Positions 53,501-64,000 of a stretch of 64,000 nt of DNA are shown in pieces; within the stretch, counting starts at the first letter, position 1; every line of letters starts with the position of its first letter. The translations under genes were made by a program, and so were the position numbers. The DNA lies in contig CATNEN010000038.1 of NCBI GenBank assembly GCA_950097015.1, forward strand, positions 6,324,001-6,388,000. The letters are read 5' to 3'. This stretch comes from Macrostomum hystrix. Taxonomy: Eukaryota > Animalia > Platyhelminthes. The notes beneath the pieces were generated by a model that saw only the letters and a list, made by a program, of their open reading frames with translations, was not told the origin of the DNA and made no database searches.

Positions 53501-56500
53501 TCAGTCACAGGAATCCCAAATCAATCAGTCACAGGAATCCCAAATCAATCAGTCACAGGAATCCCAAATCAATCAGTCACAGAAATCCTATATCCATCAG
53601 TCACAGGAATCCCAAATCAATCAGTCACAGGAATCCCAAATCAATCAGTCACAGGAATCCCAAATCAATCAGTCACAGGAATCCCAAATCAATCAGTCAC
53701 AGGAATCTCAAATCCATCAGTCACAGGAATCTCAAATCCATCAGTCACAGGAATCTCAAATCAATCAGTCACAGGAATCCCAAATCAATCAGTCACAGGA
53801 ATCCCAAATCAATCAGTCACAGGAATCCCAAATCAATCAGTCACAGAAATCCTATATCCATCAGTCACAGGAATCCCAAATCAATCAGTCACAGGAATCC
53901 CAAATCAATCAGTCACAGGAATCCCAAATCAATCAGTCACAGGAATCCCAAATCAATCAGTCACAGGAATCTCAAATCCATCAGTCACACGAATCTCAAA
54001 TCAATCAGTCACAGGAATCTCAAATCAATCAGTCACAGGAATCCCAAATCAATCAGTCACAGGAATCCCAAATCAATCAGTCACAGAAATCCTATATCCA
54101 TCAGTCACAGGAATCCCAAATCAATCAGTCACAGGAATCCCAAATCAATCAGTCACAGGAATCCCAAATCAATCAGTCACAGGAATCCCAAATCAATCAG
54201 TCACAGGAATCCCAAATCAATCAGTCACAGGAATCTCAAATCCATCAGTCACACGAATCTCAAATCAATCAGTCACAGGAATCTCAAATCAATCAGTCAC
54301 AGGAATCCCAAATCAATCAGTCACAGGAATCCCAAATCAATCAGTCACAGAAATCCTATATCCATCAGTCACAGGAATCCCAAATCAATCAGTCACAGGA
54401 ATCCCAAATCAATCAGTCACAGGAATCCCAAATCAATCAGTCACAGAAATCCTATATCCATCAGTCACAGGAATCCCAAATCAATCAGTCACAGAAATCC
54501 CAAATCAATCAGTCACAGGAATCCCAAATCAATCAGTCACAGGAATCCCAAATCCATCAGTCACAGGAATCTCAAATCAATCAGTCACAGGAATCCCAAA
54601 TCAATCAGTCACAGGAATCTCAAATCCATCAGTCACAGGAATCTCAAATCCATCAGTCACAGGAATCTCAAATCAACCAGTCACAGGAATCTCAAATCCA
54701 TCAGTCACAGGAATCTCAAATCAACCAGTCACAGGAATCTCAAATCCATCAGTCACAGGAATCTCAAATCCATCAGTCACAGGAATCTCAAATCCATCAG
54801 TCACAGGAATCTCAAATCCATCAGTCACAGGAATCTCAAATCCATCAGTCACAGGAATCTCAAATCCATCAGTCACAGGAATCTCAAATCAATCAGTCAC
54901 AGGAATCTCAAATCCATCTGATCCAGTAATCCCAAAGTCACAGACTTTAGAATGACCTGTGATCTAGTGGATCATCCAGTAATCAACTAAATTGTAAATA
55001 ATTTTTTCAGCTTTTTAATGAGACAAACATTTTGAAAATCTGTCGCGCGATACGGAAGTTGGCAGTGTTAATCTCCAAGTGGTGCATCAGAGTTTCCTAT
55101 CAGTTTTTTCCTATCCAGTGGATTTCTGGACAGCCAGTAAGCCCATACAGGTCCGGGAAATGGGGGTTTGGCGGGTAGTTGTCTCTCCAGTTTCTAGATT
55201 CGGAGCTCCATGGGTAAATCGCGCTGCAAAAAAACGCATCAATGCTAGCCACACGGGACTCACTCGGATCGCTTCTCAGCCAGCTTGCACAGCCTGGAAG
55301 TAGCCGAGACCTTCAGCTGCCTATCGTAGTTCTCCGTCCAGTCTGTTTTAGCCGATACGGGCCTCGACTCGATGAGGCGCTTGCGCTGCAGGTGCCTGCG
55401 GAACGCGCTGATTGCGGCAGTTTTTTACATTAGGTAAAAACTCATAGGATGTGGTTCTGGCGAAATGTCTCATATTCTTCTTGTTCGTGCCTTAGATTAA
55501 ATCATCGAGACTTTCATGGACTTCCTTCAATTACCGCTCAATCCAAAACCCTCATTCCCCTCCCTACCCGTGAATAGCGAGTGTACATTACCGCTCAATC
55601 CGAAACCCTCCTTTCCCTCCCTACCCGTGAATAGCGAGTGTACATTACTGCTCATTCCGAAACCCTCCTTTCCCTCCCTACCCGTGAATAGCGAGTGTAC
55701 ATTACTGCTCATTCCGAAACCCTCCTTTCCCTCCCTACCCGTGAATAGCGAGTGTACATTACTGCTCATTCCGAAACCCTCCTTTCCCTCCCTACCCGTG
55801 AATAGCGAGTGTACATTACCGCTCATTCCGAAACCCTCCTTTCCCTCCCTACCCGTGTATAGCGAGTGTACATTACCGCTCATTCCGAAACCCTCCTTTT
55901 CCTCCCTACCCGTGAATAGCGAGTGTACATTGCAGCTTATCAATGCTTTTCACTCTCTACCCCCTGCACAACGAATGTACATTGCCGCTCAAGCCTTCCT
56001 GACCTCATCCATGCACACAGCTAGCCACCGTGTACTACGTACAAGCTCCAGCTACCAGTGTCCACTCACCGCTGGATTTTCATCGCAGCGATTCTTTCGC
56101 GCAATGCCAGCTCCGCAATGTCGCTGTCGAACTTTTTGGCGTGATCAGGCGCCAAATACGGGTGACCAAATATCCTAGAAGTAGAAGCGAATTTACATTT
56201 TACCTCAACATTTCTATCGCAGCTGTTAAAGTATTAGCGGAATGTTCACAAACTTTTGAATGTCAACATTTTCAACCGCCTTCTGCCAGCGGTCAAGCTT
56301 CGCCGCCTCCTCGTCCGGGTTGGCGATCTTGAAGTCCTCCGGTATTGGACGACCAGCAGCTGCTGCTGGGATATGTGAATATCGGGACAGCATTTTTCAG
56401 CATTCCTAACTGTTGAACAATTACCAGCCATTTATAAAAGGGACCTGGCATGGCGAGCAATGTTCTTCAAACCATTCTAGAAGAAACATACGAATTTCAT

Positions 56501-59500
56501 GCTTAACCTCGCCTAAAAACACTGTTCGCTCGTCATCTCTCAATCAGCTCGCAGTTTTAATTGGTGCAATGCAAATCCAAGTACAGTCACTGTACTTTCG
56601 CAGCATTTTCCAGCCCAGTGTGTGCGCCTTTCTAGTTTGTCTCCTACTGGGTGGCTGTGGGGTCTTTGACATCGTTCATGCTGACGATCGCTGTGATGTC
56701 TGGCCTATTAATTAAGCTTTCCACTGCTCTGGCCTTCAATCGGTCAATGGGGGTGAGTGGCAGAGCGGTTAACGCGTTTGCCTCTCGCGCCAAGGTCCCT
56801 GAGCTCGATTGCGCAGCGAAGTCACATTCATTTGGGGCGCAGCCTCGGAGAGAAGGCTTTGGGGCTTGTGGTGCAATTTACGCCCTTGAGGGCCAATCTC
56901 GAAGGCACAGTGAAAGTGTACACTGCCTGACGATGAGAAAGTCTGAGCAGATGTACACACCTGTGTGAGCGTGTGCTCAGGAGTTCCTTAGCCATGCAAC
57001 TAAAATGGATATTTTAGAAGAGTCTATTCTGAGTCTACTCACGTGCAGTCTTAGACGCCGGTGCTTTAATCACCATCCGAGCCGTGGACTTCGCACTATG
57101 CGCTGAGGCGCATCTGGTGGGGCACTCTGAAAATGAGTTGACTATTTTTTTCGTTTTTTTATCGAATCTTAACTACGCTACTGATAAGTAGAGTATTGAG
57201 TAAGTAGAATCGAAAGTGTGCATTGTGATTGGTTTGCAGGAAAAATTGACGAGAAATTTAGAAACGATAGTTACATAGGTACATTTTGTGCGCTTAGAAA
57301 TTAATGACTAAAGTCTGTCTGTGAATCGACCATTTATACCAGGGGTCGGCAAACTCCGATTGGCGGGCATGATGCGGCCCTCCTAGATCTAAAATCCGGC
57401 CCTTCCGACACCTACAGTATCCTATTTCATACTTCCCCTGTCTCGCCTCTCCCCGGTCTCATCTCCCGTGTTTCATCTCTCCTGTGTCTCATCTCTCCCG
57501 TGTGTCATCTCTCCCGTGTCTCATCTCTCCCGTGTCTCATCTCTCCCGTGTCTCATCTCTCCCGTGTCTCATCAATGCGGCCCGCTGTAGTTAGGTTCTC
57601 TATTTGGCCAGCCAGCTAATAAGTGTGCCGACCCTTGGTTTATACAGCAGAATCAAATAAAGGCCGAAGTACTAATTTAGCAAAATTCAACTCGAATAAA
57701 GCCAATACTATGAGGCAGGCTTACAATACCGGCAGTATTATGTAGACTTTGAGATTCGTTAAAACTGGAAAGCAGGGCGGTTCGATCCGTTTGTAAACAG
57801 AGTTTTAATGCTATTTAGAAAGTATTTAGAAATGGGAAAACACCCCCGTTGTGTGGGCTCTGGAGGTCTGACTATGAGGTCGGGTGTTCGAATCGCTGTC
57901 CAAGAAAAAAAACAATTTGTTTTGCTACGCAGCAATTTTAACAGTAGAACTACCAAGGGGGAGGGAAATTCCCACTGAATTTTTGCTGCACTCGAACGGA
58001 GCAATGCAGGCACACGAAACTCAAGAACACGGGTCAACTCTTTGTTGCGCATCTTCTGAAACAACAATCAAGCTGCCCGCTCTTCAGACCTTCGAGATAT
58101 TCAATGGTTCTGACCGAAGTTCGGATTTTTCCCATAAGTGCTAGTGTATTTCATACACCCCAATACACGAATTAGCACTGCGCCTCAGTGCGGCCTTGCG
58201 AGGCCTTCAAAATTTATCAGCATGTCACCAAAATGGGACTGCATCGTTTTAATCTTCGGTGGTCACCATTGGCTTGGTAGTCCTACTGGTACATTCCCCG
58301 TCGCTTCAGTTGCTGTAGAAATTTTGGTTGTCGTGCATCACCAAAAACAGTTTTTGCTAAGATTTGCTAAAATTGATAAATGGGTTCTCACCAGACGCTA
58401 TTCTGCTTCCAATGAGCCTGAAGTTGGGCTCACTGCTCCGGTCGCACTGGGCACCCGACTGCTGCTCATTGTCACGCGCTGTCGCCTGCGGCTGCTGAAC
58501 CTCGCCGCGCCTCAAACCGTGGACTGAAAACGAATACTTGGACTTATTAATTACTGCCATTTAACAGCTGGGTGAACTGAAGCAACGCAGAGTAAAGTTT
58601 CTTGCTTAAATTGTTCCAATGAAGTCGGGAATCGAACCCCAGACCTTCAAGTTGCATAACCACTAAGTTAAAAGTCCTCCTGCGAGTATTAATATGATTT
58701 TTTATTAGTGTGAAGCCTGGCGCCGCCTACCATGGCTGATGAAATCCTTGCAATTGGTAAGCAGCCTGGCGTGGTACTCAAACTCTGCTCTGAACGCTGG
58801 GCCGCCGCCGCCGCCGCCGCCGCTGCCACGGTTGAATGGAATCGAAGGCGTCGTCCGTTGTCGGAGAGCGGACTGAGCTCTGGCAGCCAGGGAGGCCGCG
58901 CCGCCAGTTATTGCTGCCGTGGCCGGCCTCCTGGGCAACGCTGCCATCGTCGACAGAGACGGCTGCTGCAGAAGACGCTGCGCATTCTGCTGCTGCTGAT
59001 GCCGTCGCTGGGCCGTTGTTGGGCGAGACAGGCTAGCAGCGGATCGAGGCCTTCAAATGCGAGAATTCGTATTTGTTCTATTGCTTCGCAGAGGTCGGGT
59101 CGAAACTAGCGGTGAATAAAGTACCCACCTTGCTGTGTACAATCGTTCTGACCCCCCGTTGCTGGCTGGTGGAGCTGGAAATGTAGTTTTCTTGACCTTC
59201 GTTATCATGAAAAGTTAATCTGAGTTACAGAAGACTTGTAAAGCTACTTAGGCTGTTCTGCCCTCACCTGGCCAATGAAATCTAGGGCCAAGCAGATCCA
59301 CGTAGGCCAGCGGCTGCTCACTGATTGTTGCTGAGTGCTCAGGTTTTACATCCTTCTTTTAGAGGAGAGAAGTGAGTGAGGGAGTGAGTGAGTGAGTTAG
59401 TAAGTGAGTGAGTAACTGAGTGGTTGAGTAATTGAGTGACCGAGTGAGTGAGTGACCGAGTGAGTGAGTGAATGAGTGAGTGAGTGACCGAGTGAGTGAG

Positions 59501-59830
59501 TGAGTGAGTGAGTGAGTGACCGAGTGAGTGAGTGACCGAGTGAGTGAGTGACCGAGTGAGTGAGTGAGTGAGTGAGTGAGTGAGTGACCGAGTGAGTGAG
59601 TGACCGAGTGAGTGAGTGAGTGACCGAGTGAGTGAGTGACCGAGTGAGTGAGTGGCTCTATTCTCACCCATTTCTCTGTCTCCTTGGCTTCGAACGTGAC
59701 CGCTGCCAAGGTGCCCACCTCAGTAATTGGCTGCGTTTGCGGCTGTGAACCGCTGAGTAATTTCCGTCTTCTGAATCGCCTGGCGGACTCCGTAACCAGG
59801 CTGTGGTTGCTGAATGACTTACTGGCCAGA
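50512..59830 (-). CDS. IQCM: IQ-motif protein, IQCM-like. Supported exons approx 56174-56068, 55409-55264, 53071-52898, 52796-52520, 51999-51599, 50715-50512; further 5' exons (about 56200-56720, 58300-58530, 58730-59210, 59670-59830) are less certain
   Basis: IQ motifs AAMKIQR|AFRRHLQRK and AAVIIQKTLRGYLVRR; C-terminal CGFFP..REVSDT, AVEIFFHIFKPAG and STWMHPIVNGED resemble vertebrate IQCM as recalled; splice phases are consistent. Confidence 0.72.
50738..51570. repeat. 21-bp minisatellite (gtgtctaacaggtgaatgggt)n in an intron
   Basis: Directly visible. Confidence 0.96.
52165..52366 (-). mobile_element. tRNA-derived SINE family D (internally deleted copy)
   Basis: Reverse complement of 56747-56975. 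Confidence 0.75.
53088..55213. mobile_element. TIR element (family B arms) enclosing a 24-bp satellite array
   Basis: Inverted arms of about 120 bp (ccatggtgctctgaatctagaaactggagagacaactacccgcc / ggcgggtagttgtctctccagtttctagattcggagctccatgg); gtaa on both outer flanks. Confidence 0.78.
53245..54920. repeat. 24-bp minisatellite (cagtcacaggaatcccaaatcaat)n
   Basis: Directly visible. Confidence 0.97.
55530..55931. repeat. 57-bp tandem repeat, 7 copies, intronic
   Basis: attaccgctcattccgaaaccctcctttccctccctacccgtgaatagcgagtgtac units. Confidence 0.95.
56747..56975 (+). mobile_element. tRNA-derived SINE family D
   Basis: A box tggcagagcgg, degenerate B box gagctcgattgc; second copy at 52165-52366. 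Confidence 0.72.
57340..57637. mobile_element. hAT-Charlie-like MITE
   Basis: TIRs caggggtcggcaaact / agtgtgccgacccttg; 8-bp TSD atttatac / gtttatac; internal gcggccc motifs and a small 17-bp repeat. Confidence 0.85.
57942..58288. mobile_element. MITE family C
   Basis: TIRs cagtagaactaccaag / cttggtagtcctactg; homologous to 7382-7973. Confidence 0.8.
58556..58657 (-). mobile_element. tRNA-derived SINE family A fragment
   Basis: Reverse complement gives gcaacttgaaggtctggggttcgattccc...gcaagaaactttactctgcgttgcttcagttcacccagctgttaaatgg. Confidence 0.78.
59370..59654. repeat. (GAGT)n microsatellite with GACC interruptions
   Basis: Directly visible. Confidence 0.97.
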
Positions 59831-61982
59831 CTAAAATTAGTTACGAGAATTTTTGTAAGTCATTAAATTTTTTTGAGTAAAAATAATCTCATTTCCATAT
59901 AATTTTAATTTTTAAACCAGAGAGACAGGGACCAATAGAGGCCTACTTACAGAAACTGATGATGCTCCAGATCAATTTGGGATGTCACTTTGCCTCGCCA
60001 GTCAATCATTGACTCAAAGCCTTGCTTGCGAATGCCATCACACTTTATAGAGCTGTATAATATAAAAGTTTAAACCGTTGAATTTGGCGCATATTCTCAT
60101 TGACAAATTATACAATGAAATATTATAGGATTCAAATTTAAAACAATACTTACTTATCATTTTCATGCTGTACTAATGTCATGACAGCTGTAAACAATAT
60201 GTTTGATCTGAATGGTAAAAGTTATTTGATGTTTTAAATTTAATTTAAAATGTGGCTAATCTAAATTTATTTATAATCTTAATATTATTTTTTGCAATCT
60301 TGCGTTGCTAGATATACCACATGTTACAAAAAGTTGTAAATATTATATATAGCTACTGTGTGATACGGATATTAATAATGTATGTGAGAATGTGACCATA
60401 TAATTACCTAAAAATATAATAAACTAATTAACTGTAACAACACGATAAAAAAAGGGTCACAAAGCTGTTTCTGTGCCCCCGCCTATATGTATGATGCAAT
60501 TCTTTTAGATGTTTTTACAATATATAGCTATTTAAACACAAAATGTTTCTGTACAATACATGGGTAACTGCTTTAGTAGAAAGTTACATATTTATAAAAT
60601 CACAGGACTCATTGGTAAATTTGTTGAATAAAGATTCAAGATTTTTTCAAACGAAAATAGTGAACAAATTATTCAGCTACACATTATATAGTACTTACAA
60701 CAAATGGTCTTATTAATGTTTTAAACCAATGTAAATTAACATCTTATTGGATGCAAATGCAGCTTTTTAATTAAAATGCTAGAAGTTTAACAACTTATAT
60801 TATCAATAAAAATTCTCTTCTTTCAATCAAGGACTTAATGTAAAGAGTATTGACACATTCAAACTACTGCAAGCACGGCACTTAAGAACACACATCATTA
60901 ACTAGAACAGCTATTGACACTTGAAGGAGCTACTGTTGTTTTATACAGTGAAAAATAAAAGATTCCAATTTTTTGTATATTTACAATACAGTAATAATAC
61001 AATTACCACAATGAAATTTAATTTACATATATTTTATGCGATAGAGTGATTGACAACTCGCTAGCAAAAAACTACGCTGATTTTGAAAGTCAAACTTGCG
61101 CGTGACTCAAAAGATTTTTTCTTAGCAACGATCTAGCTTCAGTTTCTTATAAAAAGTGTCGTGATATGACAGAAAAGAAAAGACATTCTTGCCACTTGCC
61201 ATATTGCCGATATCAATAATAACTTATTGTAGAATACAAATTACTCCATAAATACTTAGTTTTCTTTTTCCTTATTTTTAATTATAATGCCTTGTCCGCT
61301 AATCGATGACAACATTAACAGCTACTATAGTGATTACTCATTAAAATTGCGCTGAATTAAGAATTTTTTATGACATGGATAGCTGCTAAATATATATATA
61401 TTATTAGCAATCGTAGCTTCGCTTTGATTTTAATTTGCTTTTTTTCTTTTATTTTTATTTTAAATTGGGAAGCTATCAACGAAAACACATCGTACGTACA
61501 AATGTACATTGTGCATTGGTCTGCAACCAATTAAAGGACCTTAGTTTGTAGTCCTTGCGTCCTTGGTACAATGTTCTAGTTTCTCAGCATAGAATTTCGG
61601 GTACGTTAACAGGCAAATGCATAATATAGTGCGACGACGCAATATCCTCTAAATACCCAATGCGTATACATCCTATACTATATTTTTCAATTAGTAAAGT
61701 GCGTACTGTACTGGCATGTACACACAGCTGCTAAAAAGCTGTCTACATATGGTATATTAGCGCTAAAATTGTTGTAGGTTACCACGACATACAACAAAAT
61801 TAAGGTTTTCTCACAATTCGATTAATAATTAACTAGCTATTTCGCGAATCAAGAAGAATCGAAATCGAACTGAAATTAAAAGCCGCAATTTTTTGGATGA
61901 ATTTATTTATGCAACAACTTTGAGACTATTTCAAAAGAAACTTGACAGGTCATATAAGGAAACGCCCGAATTATGAAATGAA

Positions 61983-62581
61983 TTAATTCTTGTCTGCTGG
62001 GAGCTGCTTCTGTTTACTTTTCTCCATCCGAAGCTGACGGTTCATCTGACGCCATTTGGCTTGCACCTGCTCGTCTGACAGACCAACTATTAAATCGTCG
62101 CTCATGTATGACGGTTCCGTCTGCAGCAAATGCGATTGGGGCAATCATCGGTAAAAAATATAATTCTTGAATTGACAAATACATGAAAAGTTACGAGTAC
62201 ATTACATGCATATCCTGTTTAACAACCACTTTTTTCAACGACTCTACCCTGTCCCAGATAATTTACCATTTTCCGGCTCTGCAAACTGGCGGCCGAAAAA
62301 GTTTTATTGTCATCGTCCGCAGCATCGTCAGTGGCGTTGGCTGACGCTGACTGCACTTTCTCTACTGCATCAACGTCTAAAGCCTGTGTCGCCTCGCTGT
62401 CCAGCTCATCCGCGTGTTTAAAAATGGCGTCAATCGCTCTGTCGACGTCGGCTTCGGCGGCGCGTTCTCGCACAATGGCATAGCGTATGATGTAGCGATC
62501 GCGCACGCTAGCGGGCATTAGGTGCAGGTCACGTGAGTTGTTGATGCGGCACACCAGCAGCTTCGTCAAGGCGTCACTATT
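61983..62581 (-). CDS. Tdc: 3' exons (62581-62267, 62120-61983) of a group II PLP-dependent aromatic amino acid decarboxylase, most like tyrosine decarboxylase
   Basis: LTKLLVCRINNSRDLHLMPASVRDRYIIRYAIV...ADVDRA resembles the Tdc/HDC/DDC C-terminal domain (KLHMVPASV..RYIIRF); phase-0 splice sites; the rest of the gene lies beyond the window. Confidence 0.78.
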
Positions 62582-62755
62582 CTAAAAACAGTTATTTTTT
62601 CTTTGAAAGATATCCGTGGCAACGCAAAACTAAGATTTAAATGATAAGACTGAGGAAGTTGAGTCGTTTATAATCATATGACACAGTAGAGAGTGGCTAT
62701 AAATTCACTAATATTTCTACACCAATACATCAAGATCTCTAACATTAGATAATAA

Positions 62756-64000
62756 CGGGTGTCCCAAAAAAGGATAACACTTTGTGCGCTCACTGTGAGT
62801 GAGCAGTTAGGCCTATAGCCCAGTAATTTAACAGGTCTACAGTAAACATTTGTAAGTTTTCCCACAAAAACTTGGTTACGAAAAATTGCTCTAGAGGCGA
62901 GTTATTGAGCACAGAAGTGTACGCTAGCTTTTCTGCCAAGCTTTGCCTACACAGCTGCCATAGACAATCTTTTGCTTTAAAAAATATTATGGAGCATAGA
63001 CTCTGAGACGGTGTGTGGTCAAATGCCAGTTTATTTGAAAAATCGCTGTTGATTTTTTGAGCTTGTAAGTGCAGTACGCTAGCTTCTCTGCTAAGCTTTG
63101 CCATAGACGGAGGCCATAGACAATCTTTTGCGTACGAAAATGACAGAGCATGCATAGACTCTGAGACTGATCTAACGTTAAATTTTCCCATGGACCATAG
63201 CAGCTGGATAGTAGAAACCGTCAATGGCCTGTAAGCTTGAAGAAGAAACTCGTATTCGGATCATCCAGTGCTATTACCAAAATGGAGAGAGCGTCACAGC
63301 TGCTTCGAGACAGTTCAACACTTGGCGAAATGCTCAACCAAACGCTGCGGCCATTCCTCTTTGCACAAATAAGAATTGTTCATCAACTGGTGAAAGGTTT
63401 CTGACAAAAAAGAACTTCACAAGCTGTCACATTAATGACACAGCGGCAGACCTCGCAGTGTCAGGACATAAGAGCGCGTTTTTGACGTGATGAGAGAGTT
63501 GGAGCGTGAGAGAAAATCTCTGAGACAAGTTTCACGAGACCTCGAAATGTCAACTTCGACTGTGCAGCGAATCGCGAGACAGGATCTTCACCTGCATGCA
63601 TATCGTGCAGAGAAGAAGCACGGACTGCTACCAAGCAACTTTGTGCAGCGAGCAGAACTGTGTCATCTAGTGCTGAACACTCTTGAGAACACCAATCAGT
63701 CAATTGTGTTTGTTGACGAAGCCACATTTCGAACAGACGGCACGGTCAATCTCACGAATGACCGGTTCTGGTTCACACGTGGCACAGCCCCGAACATCCC
63801 GCCAGTCGATGCACGTCAAAATGCGCAAAGAGCAACAGTATTGGCTGCAGTGTCACGAGACTGGCTTGGGGGGCCTATTTTTTCCCTGGAACTGTCAACT
63901 CTAAGGCTTATCAGGATGCATTGGAGCTTTTTCTGATTCCGGATCTTCATTCGGCTGGCATCCGAAACGTTTGGTTTGTGCAAGATGGTGCTACTGCGCA
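62756..64000 (+). mobile_element. Tc1/mariner-superfamily (rosa/DD41D-like) transposon, frameshifted, in an intron of the decarboxylase gene
   Basis: TIR-like cgggtgtcccaaaaaa; N-terminal IIQCYYQNGESVTAASRQF HTH, SLRQVSRDLEMSTSTVQRI, FVDEATF, WFVQDGATA. Confidence 0.88.

Noticed and set aside
56920-56960. Hammerhead ribozyme in the SINE D tail (ctgacga..gaaa)
   Set aside because: Core-like words are present but there is no stem II and no convincing stems I/III; an Infernal search would be needed

Overview
Eukaryotic (animal) genomic DNA, not prokaryotic. It has spliced genes, abundant minisatellites and decayed transposons. GC-rich coding sequence in an AT-rich, tandem-repeat-dense background suggests a free-living flatworm such as Macrostomum; this is inference only. 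Protein-coding genes: a progranulin with ten near-identical 219-bp granulin repeats inside one exon (2670-5693), a secreted PAN/C-type-lectin-like protein, ZFR (minus), a small secreted orphan plus a disrupted paralogue, an intronless DEG/ENaC channel, a tetraspanin, an IQCM-like gene, and the 3' exons of a Tdc-like PLP-dependent decarboxylase. Mobile DNA: a decayed Gypsy LTR element, an I/Jockey-group LINE, an intron-containing Crypton, a Tc1/mariner element, several MITE families and two tRNA-derived SINE families. The main finding is at 14702-22464 (minus): 13 paralogous ~66-71-nt units separated by mostly unique spacers. The array looks superficially CRISPR-like, but the units are box C/D snoRNAs with two rRNA-antisense guides (18S GAGGGCAAGU; 28S CGGGUAAACG). 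They appear to lie roughly one per intron in a non-coding micro-exon host gene that starts just after the ZFR polyA signal. rRNA target numbering and family names are recalled from memory and need database confirmation.
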